Source: Rhizophagus irregularis
Lineage: Eukaryota
DNA: 64,000 nt
Assembly (NCBI RefSeq): GCF_026210795.1
Contig: NC_089434.1
Span: forward strand, 4,712,001 to 4,776,000
Direction of reading: 5' to 3'
The position numbers and the translations under genes are program-made. Shown here one piece after another: positions 12,867 through 25,463 of the stretch; position 1 is the first letter of the stretch; each line of letters opens with the position of its first letter. The notes beneath the pieces were generated by a model, which saw only the letters and a list, made by a program, of their open reading frames with translations, did no database searches and had not been told where the DNA came from.

Positions 12867-14269
12867 AATTTTATTTTTCTTTTCTTTTTTTATAATATAT
12901 TAATTTTCTTAAAGTATAAAATTATTTTTAATTATATAATTATTTTTTTTATTTAAATTTTCATATTAATAAATACAAAATTAAGTTTATAATAAATGAT
13001 AAGCATAACAATGATGATAAGCACATAAATGGATGTCTACTGATTAATTTACACAGGTATATTACAATCCGGTAGTTTTTTATACTTAAGATCTTGAAAC
13101 TGGGGACATTTTCCCAGTAAAAAATTCTAAATTTTTAAACTTGATAATTTTTGTTATAATTTTTTTTTTTTAATAATAAAATTTTAATACAGGATTTGAT
13201 TTAGAATTAATTTCCTTTAAAAACGTTAATCTTTATTTTTTCCACATTTCGATTAAATTAATCCCGTCCCTATTTAGAAATTTCGCAGCTGACAATTATA
13301 TTCTCCCTTTAATTGATTCTTCAAATGTATTTTTAAATACATTTATATCACAGTATATTGATATATGCGAATGCGACAGACACATTTTATTAAATTAAAG
13401 ATGTTGCCAAGTATTCAATTCCTGACATTTTTATCAATTTTTAATTTTTTATTGGAAACAAAAGCGTTTCAGAGTTAATTTTCTAAAATACAATTAGGTG
13501 CTTATATATGAGTCCTTCATCAATAAACGAATGATAAGATTTATCCAGAAAATTGGATAATCATTTTGTCCAATAACTATTAAGAAACAATAATTTAAAA
13601 TTTAATTTTTATCGATCTGATCGATAATAAATGACATGACTATTTTGTATGAAATAAATCTTATTCAATTGAATGTTGGAATTAAAGCATAATCTTGACG
13701 TAAAATAATATTACCTTTTTCGCGTTTTAACAGTCGATGGAAAGCGAATAGACGAATAAATAAGTAGCAAAAAATTTTACAATGAATTTTCAAAATCTTT
13801 AGTAGGTTAATTAATTTTGCTTGTTTCTAACAGTTTAAAAAAAAAGAATATTACACATTTAGAAACTCTGGCGTTTCAGAATTGGTCATTATGTCATTTT
13901 TTTGTTTTTTTTTTAATAATAAGTATTAATTAACCAACGATATGTATTTTAATGTGCATGAGTGCATATAGGTAAATCAGGATAAATTGAAAATTGACTT
14001 TGTAAATTGCAAGTCAATTGCCCAATAATATAATCACATGTGCCTTAGCTTACATAAATAAATCTATATATCATATAACTATTGTAGCGAAGGACTTTCT
14101 ACTACTTTTCTACTATTAGCGATTTGATTGTCAGATTACTTCCATCCACTTGCGTCGCCTCAGTTTCCTTATTTTTGATATGATGTATCACTAATAACAA
14201 AAATGCCTTTTTTTTTGTAACACTGATATTCTGATAATCTTTTTTAAAAAAAATTTAAAAAAAAATTTA

Positions 14270-17200
14270 AATCGTTGTATTCCACTTAATCTAGTTTCTT
14301 CTCTTTCAACCTCAATTTTTTATACGCTCAAGTCCGTTAAACTAAAGTGTTTGAAAAGAATATCATCAAGAGAAAGTATACGGAAAATTGCTACAAATGA
14401 CAAGTCAGCCGCAAATTCCTTCTTCCCAAGGTCTATTACTGTTATACTGTCAAATGAAACTAAAATACTGCAGGTAAAGAGGTGTACTCGGGCTTCCCTT
14501 TATATAGAATACCTGTTATTGTTTCCAATACCCTATTTATAACATTCCGCATAATAATATTTCAGCTCAATTCCTTTTGCAGTTTCGGAATCGGCCTTAG
14601 AAGTTTCAGATCCACCCGTATGTACCGCATGAATCTTAGCAACGGGTTGGTTTAATAATCGAAGTTTATTCAAATTTATTTTATCCACTTCTTCCCATGT
14701 TGCTAGAACATTTGATGGCATCTGAAGAAGTTTTTATATCTGATTCAGAAATATTTTCTGGATTCGCGTCATTAATAATTCCCAGTCGGATCATGTAGAC
14801 TTTCATCACGTAAGTGATATGATAGATTTCTGAATTGTTGTTGTTTATCCGAGTAACCTGTTTGTCTTTGCATAGCCTCAAGTTTATAAATTTCTTGAAA
14901 TTGACTATAGGCACTACGACCTCAGATAAATGATCTGATTTTCGAGAGTCCTGAGAATACATGAGAACACCACATATCGGAGGAAGCTGCCCAAAGTCAC
15001 CAACAAGAATTATGGATTGGCAACCAAAGGAATATTGTAGTGATCGGGAAATGCTTGCCGCAGTCGTAAAGCAAGAAACGGCGTCCTATCATACTTCATC
15101 GATTATAAAATATATATATTTTAGTTTTCTTTGGAGTTTCTTCAAAAAATTCACCTTCAAGTTCAACGTTTACCCCGCATATTGGAACAGAAAGTGATGA
15201 ATGTATAGTGCTGCCTTCGATGTTAAAAGCCGCAACACCTGTTGGAGCAACTACCATATTGTTCTCATGTAAGTTATGTTCCTTTGCGATCTCATGTAAC
15301 CTTCCTCGAAAGCATTAATAAGGTAAAATTTACCGGTTCCAGCAGTACCCATGATAATAATTCGTAAAGGTTCTATGGATTGATTTGTTATTTTGCCAAT
15401 ACAATGTGATTCTACACTTTCACGTATTAACCTTTGTTTCACATTTAGAGTTCTAATGTCGATACTAGCTGAATTATTTCCAACTTGAGTTACCAATTGC
15501 TTGCTGGATGAAGCTTTCTGCCTCTTCAATTTCAGGATATCGTAGCAAACTTTCGTCAACGTAGCTATTACTAGAGCTTGGAACGGCGGCTAAGATATCT
15601 ATCATATGATTATTAGAAAAAGTACAACCTTTCAGGAATTTGAAGTAAAGTCGTGATTTCTATCAATATCACGGGCACTAAAGTCATCTAAGCTACGCGT
15701 CTGTCTATTTGACATCATTTCAGCCAATAACATCCAGTCAGTTCGAAGTTCATACGTTTCCTGTGGTGTGTCGTCTTCTTCATCAGAATCGTTGATACCA
15801 TCAACTTCTATATCATCCACAGCAGGTTCATTAGGATCATCATTAATTTCTACAAGATGTTAATTATATAAAATATAAATCAATCATGAAAGAGTGTGAT
15901 TCTCTGTGAGGCTAAGTAGGTCTCTATAACGAACATGTAAGAGGACTTTTATACGACAAAATTCCAGGACCATTTCGAATGGGAGATGGAGTTGCCTTTT
16001 ACTAATTTATATTGCTGATCCTATTTGAACAATGAAAGTTCCTCAAGTTCGGCAGGTCTATTACAATATCTTTGTAGAGGTGAGGGATCTGTTTTCATAA
16101 TTCCATTGTTCTCATTATTTGGATCATTTTCATTACTATCACGAAGCTGTCGATTCGCTTCTTCGTTAAGTTTTAGACTAACAAAATTTCGGCTACTATG
16201 ATAGAGCGGTAATTGAAGAAGATGACAAGTTTCTTGCACCGAAAAATCACGTTCTCCGACTGTGCGAATGAGCAACTATTGGAATGCTTTAACAGCTGGA
16301 TCATTGGGTTATCATTACGAAGAGCTTTGTCCAACACTTCTGAGAAGGCTAAGGACCCTAAGGACCGTCGTTTTGCTTTACTAGCATACTTCAAAACATA
16401 CTGTAAAGCAGCATGCGTGGTAAGGATGGGCTTCAAATCAACATTTGCCCTTCATCCCTGTAATTGAATGCGATCATGTGGATTTATAAGTGGATCATTT
16501 CTGGCAGTTTTTAGTTCTAGGTGATCATTATTATCGATCAATTCAGCGTAGTCATGCATATCATCATTAAGGTCTTAGAGCGTTTTTGGAATGGGTGGTG
16601 ATCAGGAGGAGGTGCGGGATTGATTGTTGTAACTAAAGAATCCAAGCAATGTACTACTTTTTCCATTATTTCATCATTATTTTTCATCTTTTCCTAATCA
16701 ATTTCTGGTGCTCCTTTGTGATGTTGCCACTCAAACCTTCACCATACCGTAATACTTTGTCTGCTATGAGTATCGTCTTGCATTAAATCCAATATTTCGG
16801 CTACTGCCCTTCCTCTAAATTTTGTCGAACAAATACGCGACCTTCTGATAATGTTCTCCGTCTCATTAATGAATTTAGGGCAAAGTAACGCCACCGTCGA
16901 TGACGAGCAAATCGACCATCATTATAGACTAAAAGATGTTTAAAGTATTCCGTCGGTTTTATTTCTTTCATTAAGGTCCGTGACTCTCCAAGGATAAAAT
17001 GTAGGAAATGCTCTTGCTATATATCCACGAGTATGAAACTCATCAACCGGAGAAACTTCGTTATGCAGCCAATCAATTCTCTCATGATTATGTTGCGCTC
17101 AATTGAGAATTTCATTAATTGCCCTGTCTTCATTAAGTCCGGTGGGTAATGAAGGAACAAATGTTTGTGAGTTGAAAGAATTTTCCTCATGTCTTCATCG

Positions 17201-18227
17201 TCAGGTTCTTTTTCAGAACTATTAGTTCTATCATCCGAAGTTTTCCGCAATCGAACCATTTTCGGGAAAAGTTTGTAATATTTCATCATCAATATCGATA
17301 TCACGATAGAATTTATTATTTGCCTTCAGCCAATGAAGAGCTCGCATTACTTTTCCCCGACGAACATGAAAATCCCGAAAATTGGATCCACCTTCAGAAT
17401 GACGCCGATAGATCATGTAGAAGTCGTGCCGCGAACTCTTGCACATCTTGTGGAAAATTAATAGTATTTCACGATATGCATACTGTCCTCCAAGAAGGAT
17501 GTATACCGAAATGACAGGAATACTTGCGCGATCAGCATTTCTTCTACATCAGTTAAGTTTTAGAAAATAACAGTATTTAGTTATATATTTAGAATTTAGA
17601 AATATACTAATTAATACCTACCTGGATCCATATTGTTTTAGGATCATTCTCAAACATACATAAGGGAATCACCCATTGCACGTTTCACAGATTATTTTTG
17701 AGATTGTTCATTATGTTGCGAAATTGGCGCAGAAGCTTCCGATCAGCAGGCATATTTTTGACGCATACTTGACTTCTTTTGTGAAAGCCTTGCTGCAATT
17801 TGATTTGGAGTTTCTTTTGCTATAAGCGAATATTTCTTACGCGCAAGAGCGCGCCGAGCCTCTTCTTCAACTACCGAATGTGCTTCACGCTCCTCGTCGG
17901 TCTCTTCATTCACTTTGCGCTTCCTTTCTCACGTGCTAAGCGTTCCTCACGCTCCTCATTAGTCTCTTCATCAATTTTCCGTCTTCTCCTTTCCCGATAA
18001 TGTGCCAAATGAGCTTCTTCCATATCAATTAACATATTCTCTCTATTCTCTTTATTCTTGAGATGATTTGGAAAAGGAGTTATGCGTACACAATTATTGT
18101 ATATTCTCATTAAAGTGATCTTATCATATTGTAATCCGATGTAATACAAGGTTTTGGAAATGCTTACAATTTGGCTCGTGAATAAAGAAAAAAAAATTTG
18201 ATTAAGTCGCCAATTATAATTATACAT
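14270..18227 (-). mobile_element. Degenerate Helitron (Rep / PIF1-family helicase) pseudogene
   Basis: Colinear minus-strand fragments: charged N-terminus (ETNEEREERL), FHVRRGKVMRALHWLKANNKFYRDIDID, KYASKA...VGERDFSVQETCHLL, Walker A IIMGTAGTGK, VGDFGQLPP (~14980-15005), KLRLLNQPVAKIHAVH. Many frameshifts; termini not resolved. Confidence 0.88.
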
Positions 18228-18633
18228 ATTATCGTTTTAATTAAGGGGCGTTCCTTTTCGACTATAGCTTTTTTCGGAAAAAACAATGCGAGTTACATAT
18301 AGATTTTACTATTTTAATGCACGTTGCAAATATATTGTTGTTCATTAGGAGACGTTCTTTTTCCTTATAACGTGTATTTTATGTTACATAATTTATCATC
18401 CGCGTCACATTTAAAACAAATTAAAAAATAATATTTGTATTAACCGGTTTTAATATTCCATAATTAAAAGTTAATTTTGTCCGAAGCTTTAGGACATTTA
18501 CGGTTAGACTCTCTTCATGCCTGTCCACACGCGTAATCCACCAATCATTTCTATTGTCGTGCCAACACGTTTTACTCCTTTTTAGTATCCGCTCCTACCT
18601 TCGCCGTGTTACACTCCGTGTACGTTCTGCAAT

Positions 18634-18723
18634 GCAAAAATTATCTTTTTGACCCTGTACGACATCCTTTTTTACCCTCCTATATGTAATACAGTATATG
18701 CGGGTCAAAAAGGTAATTTTTGC
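18634..18723. repeat. Short inverted repeat / MITE-like hairpin with 22-bp arms
   Basis: GCAAAAATTATCTTTTTGACCC (18634-18655) and GGGTCAAAAAGGTAATTTTTGC (18702-18723), 1 mismatch. Confidence 0.8.
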
Positions 18724-19119
18724 TATACTACCTATATCCCTTAAATATTACTCTTATTATCTTGACATACGTTTATAATTTCTAATTCTTTTATTTAATA
18801 ATTTCAAAACTCCACATTACATGAATTCATACAAGAAAAAATCTTATTTTATTTGATGAAATAGAAATTGAATAAATAACGCGACGAACTTTAACGGTTT
18901 TCCGTTTTTCTAGTGTATATTTCTTTAGGGGGATCCGTCCAAAATCCCGAATGCCGAAATCAAAAATAGCATCACGTGATATAAAGGTCAAAAAAAGATT
19001 TTGTCACACTACAATCCGGAAAAACTCCATATATTTATCACACAGAAAGTCGATGAACGAATAATTTTTTCTCCTTATATTTTTTAAACCAACTTCTGCC
19101 CTGATATAGCAAAAAAAAA

Positions 19120-20832
19120 ATGGCATATAAACTTCCAGCGGATTGTTTAAATGAAATTTTTGAAAATTTGGAGCAAAATAAACCCGCTTTACATTCGTGT
19201 TTATTAGTTAATCGCCTTTGGTGTAGAACTTCCGTTAGAATTTTATGGAGGAATGTTTTGAACTTTAATAGTTCTGATATTTCTCGTCAATCCAAAGTGG
19301 AATCATCAATCCTTCACATGTTAATTGCATGTCTTCCTAATAAATCAAAAAAACTCTTATCTGAAAATAGAATTGTTTCATTTTCCACATTCACACCACC
19401 ACTATTTAACTATGCAGCATATTGCAAAGTCTTGCCAATTTGTAGAATTATTAAAATAGTTGAAAATGTTTATATTAATCAATTTGGAAAATTACTAGTA
19501 CTAGATAAAATTTTCCAAATGTTTACAAGCCAAATTTCATCTTTAAAAAAATTGATTTATCCTTATTATAATAAAAAATATCAAGATAAATATGAAATCA
19601 AATTTTCTCTTGCTGAGTTCCCCGGGGCAAGAGAACTTTCAGAATTATGCTGCGGTTCAGATATTTCTCCTAATTTTTTCCGTTTTCCTCTCACTGAGTT
19701 CCCTGGGGCAAGAAAACTTTCAGAATTACGCTGCGGTTCAAATATTCCCTCTGAATTTTTTCAACAACTTTCACAAATAAGTCATAATTTACGAACAATT
19801 TTTATAGATTTTAATGGTCTAAAAGGCCTAGAAGGATTAGAAGAATTAATTTCTAAACAGAAAAATTTAAAAAATTTAGCTATGTCAACTTTTGACGTGA
19901 GTTGGGAAAATGTTGTACCCGCCTTAAAAAGTCAATCTAATACAATAACAAAATTACATCTTTATAGTAATAATATTTGTTTACCATTATCATTTGTTAG
20001 TTTTTTCATAAATTTACAAGAAGTTATTTTTTCATTTCCACCCGATGATGGTGTTGATAATGACTTTATTGAGAATTTTGTTAAGATAGAAGCCTCTCAT
20101 TTTCCCAGATTACAAGTATTAAAAATACCTTTTCAGCGTCCAAAACCTGAGAGTTTAATAAAATTCTTAAAAAATAATGGGAAAACCCTTAAAAAGCTTT
20201 TTATATGTGAACTTGAGAGTGCAGCAATTTCATCTATTGCTAATTTTTGTCTAAATCTTCAAAGTCTTTTTGTAATTTTTAAAAGTAATGAATTACATTT
20301 ATTACAAGCAATATTTATTAGATGTCAATACTTGGAAAGCATTAAAATTTGGTGTGGGGTAGAATATTTAAACGAAACAGAAGTATTAGAAATTGTTGCA
20401 AATCATTCACCAAATAGTTTTCATGAATTAAAAATATATAATGCTGATTCAGATTCAAATTTTGCATCTCCGGGAGATATTGAATTTGTATCTCCGGAAG
20501 AATTAGAATATGCATCTCCAGGACATTTTGAAATTGTATCTCCAGAAGATTTAGAATCGGAAGATTTAGAATTTGTATCTCCGGAAGATTTAGAATCTTC
20601 GAAATATTTAAAATTTGTATCTCCGAAAGATTTAGAATCATTTTTCATAAGCTGGGAAAATAGAGTACCAAAAAAATTACTTTCTTTAATAATCCTTAAG
20701 AAAGATGAAAATAAATTATTAGATGAAGAAAGTATGAAAATAGCTAAAAAATATGAAAATTTAGGTGTTATTAAATTTTGGACTAAATTGTACGATGACG
20801 ACGAAGTAGAAGAAGTATTTGAATATTTTTAA
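19120..20832 (+). CDS. F-box-like / RNI-type LRR protein with internal tandem expansions, 570 aa
   Basis: Uninterrupted ORF. F-box-like LPADCLNEIFENL...LHSCLLVNRLWCRTSVRILW, PLFNYAAYCK, LRRs, family C-terminus DLESFFISWENR...YENLGVIKF. Confidence 0.92.
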   Translation: MAYKLPADCLNEIFENLEQNKPALHSCLLVNRLWCRTSVRILWRNVLNFNSSDISRQSKVESSILHMLIACLPNKSKKLLSENRIVSFSTFTPPLFNYAAYCKVLPICRIIKIVENVYINQFGKLLVLDKIFQMFTSQISSLKKLIYPYYNKKYQDKYEIKFSLAEFPGARELSELCCGSDISPNFFRFPLTEFPGARKLSELRCGSNIPSEFFQQLSQISHNLRTIFIDFNGLKGLEGLEELISKQKNLKNLAMSTFDVSWENVVPALKSQSNTITKLHLYSNNICLPLSFVSFFINLQEVIFSFPPDDGVDNDFIENFVKIEASHFPRLQVLKIPFQRPKPESLIKFLKNNGKTLKKLFICELESAAISSIANFCLNLQSLFVIFKSNELHLLQAIFIRCQYLESIKIWCGVEYLNETEVLEIVANHSPNSFHELKIYNADSDSNFASPGDIEFVSPEELEYASPGHFEIVSPEDLESEDLEFVSPEDLESSKYLKFVSPKDLESFFISWENRVPKKLLSLIILKKDENKLLDEESMKIAKKYENLGVIKFWTKLYDDDEVEEVFEYF

Positions 20833-22002
20833 AATATTTATTACGTTTGTCTCTGTTATAGAATACGAGAGTAACTAACAAGATTGGATTTTTAAAATTA
20901 GGATTTGAAGGAGGCTCTTTTAGAGAAATAAGGATATGGTTTTTTCAAATTAGTATTGAATGAATCTTTATTTTATATTTTATAATACAATATGCTAATA
21001 TCTTTATTTTATATTTTATCATACAATATGTTATTATTATATAAGCAATTTATTTTATAATAAATATTTTTTCGATAATTCGATCTGTATTTAAGTTGAA
21101 CTTTTAATTTTTAACACAGTCTCAAATCTGAATGATCAAGCGAGCCCTTTTGGGTGTGAAATTCATTGGGTAAATCTAATTGATAAATTATAGTTCACCT
21201 GTGGTCAACAGTTGGTGAAATGGTGAAAGAGAAATTAACAATATTTTTTGTTCTTTACTAACTGCTTTAATCAACACTTGGTTAATTTCTAGACAGCGTT
21301 CACTCGGTTTTTACACAAAAAAAAAAAATTGCTACTATTAAAAATAACATTATTTTAGGTAGTAATGATTCTTTCCTGTAGTAACTTTTTGTTTTTTTGG
21401 CTACTTTTTGTTAGGAAGAAGAAAATTCGATTCTTATTATCATGCCAAACACGAAATTTAGCAAGTACCGAGGTACACAACTACAAAATATTAAGGATCA
21501 ATATATAAAACCAGAATGGTGATATCATCATCACCAAAGAATTAAAGGAAATATTATTTAAAGATCCATTTCCTTATCATATTAGGAGTATCAATCTTCA
21601 TTTGCTACAATAATTCTTTTACCATGAATATGCGAAACTACATTTCATAATAAACAAATAAGAATATTTAACGCAGAAATGATATACTCTCAATTGGGTC
21701 AAAAATTATGTGGTCATGTGATGGCGATTTTGTCCAATCAAAGAATAAATTGGCTGAATCTTTTTTTCAATTTTTAGATACAGTTAATGATGCGTAAATA
21801 AAGATTTCGATACGTCGACGGTCGAACCGTGTTTTGTATCTAGACTAACGAATCAACTTGTCCTTACTTTATTGGATATGATATATTCCGTTATTACAAA
21901 ATTTTTTTTAAATTTGAAACGTTTTCTAACGTTTCTCTTTTTTCTTTTTTGTAGTTTTTGGATTTCGGGTTTAACTGCAATGAGCATTTGGTGTATTTTT
22001 TT

Positions 22003-22200
22003 ATTTGATATTTTTGGATAATTAGATTATTAAACAGATTTTTTAACATAGATTTTAATATGGATACTAATATATCGAATAATATATCTTTTAATTAATA
22101 AATGATTAGCAAACAATTAATCTATTTAACAATGAATAACATAACCCTTTTTAGCAATAAAATAATCTAACGTTATATACAAATTTATTAGGATAATGTA
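22003..22200 (+). repeat. Diverged direct repeat of ~31371-31700
   Basis: Shared blocks TTGGATAATTAGATTA, TCGAATAAT-TATCTTTT and ATGAATAACATAAC...AATAATCTAACG in the same order in both places. Confidence 0.65.
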
Positions 22201-22724
22201 GTGATTATACATAAAGTAAAAAACTATATAACTATTCTAATATTATTATAAACTTGTAAACCATTCGTCATTCCGCTATGGAACCCCACATGTGCACTGT
22301 TGGTTGACTAATCAGGTAAGCGACGTTTGAAATGCCCTGATGTCTATGCCTAGTAGGCCACAAGACCCACTGCACTGCAATTAAGCAAATGATTTTCGTG
22401 ACTTCCATGGTTGCCTGGATCCGTTGTAGACTAGTTCGGCTAATCTTCCATATCTGTAATAATATTTCGTTCCTTCTCATCCGTAATCATACTATTTGAT
22501 TCTTCAAGTCTTGATCTCATGAAGAAAATAGGTTTTATTAAAAAATGCCTGATATAGTTAATTTCTTGTTGGCAAAATCAGACTATCTTGAATTATACTA
22601 CTGGAAATAATGCTTTTTTCATATAATTCGCTTTAAATACAAAATATCAGTAAATTTTTAGAATTGTAAAATAGTATCAATACTAAAAAGATATATATAT
22701 ATATATATGTTTCTCTTCATTTTC

Positions 22725-22808
22725 TATAATATTATTTCGCTCCTCCTCTTTTGTAATAATGTTATTTCGTTCCCCCTCATTTGTAATAATGTTATTTCGT
22801 TCCTCCTC
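22725..22808. repeat. 30-bp tandem repeat x3
   Basis: TTGTAATAATGTTATTTCGTTCCYCCTC repeated. Confidence 0.85.
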
Positions 22809-23945
22809 ACAAGAGATGGAAAGTTGTGTTAACGAAGGTGAAGGTTCTTTCAGAAGTTTCGTTGATTCAAACTTTAAATGAAAGTGAATATCTTAATGCA
22901 TAAATTTCATAAACGCGCTCAGCTAACTTCTTATAAACACTTTTTTCTTGAGTTAACGATTTCTAAAAAATTTCTTTCACAAATCATGAATTTTGTAGAC
23001 TACAAAATTCTTTCAACAATATTGAACTCAGCGATACAAAATGATCGGCAATCTATAATCAATCTTGTCGGACATTTTTATATTAAATACTATTGCTTCT
23101 GAATGGTGTTTTCACAAGTTTGAAAACGTTTTGTTGTAATATAAATGCCCTAAAAATACATTAAAAAAAGGTGTTACATTACTTAGATATAGTTTTATAA
23201 AACTGGTAAAACTAAAACTGCCAAAAAAAAAAAAAAAATTATTTTCTTTTTTTTAAAAAATATTATTGTTAATCTAAGCAAGAATATACTGTATATTATA
23301 TAATAGTACAAAAAACTTTGTAAAATTTGCAAAATTCGCGAATAATTACCTGAAATATGAGCTGGAATGGTGACTTCCTCCAAAAGTAAACTCTTTAAAT
23401 TTCATAACAAACGAACAAAAATTTTTTTTTGTGGCATTCACGTTTGGCATTATTATTATAAGTATGACTTATGTAGGACAAAATCGGAGTTGAAATGACG
23501 TCATTCATATAAGAACTTGTGTTGAGTGGCGGATTGGCAATTAAATATAACATTAGTAAATAAAAATGCGTTTTTAAAGTATAAATTATTTCTGTCATAC
23601 TGTTTAGTATAAAGTTTATATTTATAAATTACAGTATAAATAAGCGTTTTTTATAATAATTATCCTGCAATTTCTACAAAAAATTTCATATACAGTATAT
23701 AAATTCTGATCCAGAGAAATTTGACCATCAAAGTAAACAGTAATTGTTTATTTTGGGTACCGACAATTTATATACAAATTTTTATATCAAATAATTTTAT
23801 CTGTTTAAATATCCATCTGTTGCTTTTTTGTCTCATCTCAAGCTCAAAATATATCTCTCCAAGATATATCACCTCAAGATATATCATTCCTTATATAATG
23901 AAAGTAACAAATCAAAAATTTTTGAAAGTTATGAATTACTTTTTC

Positions 23946-24047
23946 GTCTCATCTCAAAACATATCATTGCGAGATATACAGTATATCGTCTCATCTCAAA
24001 ACATATCATCGCGAGATATACAGTATATTGCCTCATCTCAAAACATA
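23946..24047. repeat. 42-bp tandem repeat (~2.5 copies) with related partial copies at 23830-23888
   Basis: TCTCATCTCAAAACATATCATYGCGAGATATACAGTATATYG repeated. Confidence 0.88.
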
Positions 24048-24189
24048 TAATGAAACATAATGAACGCAATATTGCAATTTAGCAGTTAGAAGAAAAAAAT
24101 CATAAACGCTCAATTTATTATTTTAAACATTTTTTACATTTTTTAATATTATCAATACTTACTTTCTCACTCTCAACTATTATACTCAT

Positions 24190-24830
24190 ATGCCAAAAAA
24201 TAGGCAAAGGTTAACGGTATCGTGCAACTTTTACAACATTTTGCCAGAAAATAAAAGCAAAATGTTCTGGCGAACCCAGTCTGTACAAAATGCCAAAAAC
24301 GTGACAAGGAATGCATTTTTGATAATCAAAAAAAGCAGGATCAAGAGGACTGAAAAAGTTGAAAAAGTAAAAAGAAGCTTTACCATTGATTTTAATTTGA
24401 AAAATGGAATAAACATATTATTGATGAATAGTAATTATATATTTAGCATATAATCTAAATATTGTAATGTTTTTAATATAATTATAAATACATGTGGTAA
24501 AATTTGGGCTTGAATTTGATTTTAATCTTCTGAAAAAATGGATCAAATCATATAGTAAATTTGGTACAGGAGTGTGATCCATTATTAATAAATGCAAAAC
24601 TTTAATTAAATTTCAAAATTTAAAAATTCTTTGTCTTTTTCAAATTCCGTATAATTAGTTTGGACCCACATTATGAATTTTTAAGAGATGTGTTCAAATA
24701 TATATATGTATATAGATTTTTTGAGATAACCTATACCAGACAATTGGACATTTGTGATACGAATAGTCTCACAAAAAAGTGTATTCCAAAAACAATCTAT
24801 AAGATTTTGGCCATTCACAGTCAAATAATA
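24190..24830 (+). pseudogene. Decayed Zn(II)2Cys6 binuclear-cluster protein gene
   Basis: Correcting two frameshifts gives MPKNRQRLTVSCNF-CQKIKAKCSGEP-VCTKCQKRDKECIFDNQKK, i.e. a C-x2-C-x6-C-x5-C-x2-C-x6-C pattern. The downstream extent is uncertain. Confidence 0.65.
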
Positions 24831-25293
24831 ATCTAAAAATGCATGTGATTAAAATGCGCATATAATATTTAATAGTTAAAAGTTTTAGTATATTCATATA
24901 GTGATAACAATATAAGTTATAATCAAATGCTTGGCTATTTACCGAAGTAGCTATCACGTTTAATTTTTATCTTTTACATACAAAAAACAATATATGCGCG
25001 TTATGTTTTCACCATATCAGCGAATGGTTAAATGACAATAGAAAATTGTAAGGTTAAAAGTGTTTATATTATATTACAAAATTTATTTATTTTTATTTTT
25101 AAAAAAAAATGAATACATGAAATGAAAAATAGTTAATAATATATAAGAAAATTCTTGTTTTTTGTAAAATGACGTGGCATTTTTCTTGATGTATTGGTGA
25201 GAAACGACGTGGAATTTTTCCTCTTCTCCATAATACTTTTCATACAAACGAAGTTGTTCTTGGTGATTATAATCAGGAATTCAGGATACGAAT

Positions 25294-25463
25294 ATAAAGT
25301 ATTTTTCCTGATGCATTGGCACAGGAAATAAAGTATTTTTCCTGATGTATTGGCACAGGAAATAAAGTATTTTTCCTGATGTATTGGCACAGGAAATAAA
25401 GTATTTTTCCTGATGCATTGACACAGGAAATAAAGTATTTTTCCTGATGCATTGACAGGAAAC
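25294..25463. repeat. 34-bp tandem repeat x5, each unit palindromic
   Basis: ATAAAGTATTTTTCCTGATGYATTGRCACAGGAA; TAAAGT at 25295, 25329, 25363, 25397, 25431; internal TTTCCTG...CAGGAAA stem; no spacers. Confidence 0.95.

Noticed and set aside
20342..20648. Antisense ORFs inside the F-box gene
   Set aside because: Shadows of the 24-bp coding repeat.
23721..24082. 109-aa and 84-aa ORFs
   Set aside because: They run through the 42-bp tandem repeat, start at non-ATG codons and show no domain features.
25294..25463. CRISPR array (34-bp palindromic repeats)
   Set aside because: The units are contiguous with no unique spacers, there are no cas genes, and the context is eukaryotic.
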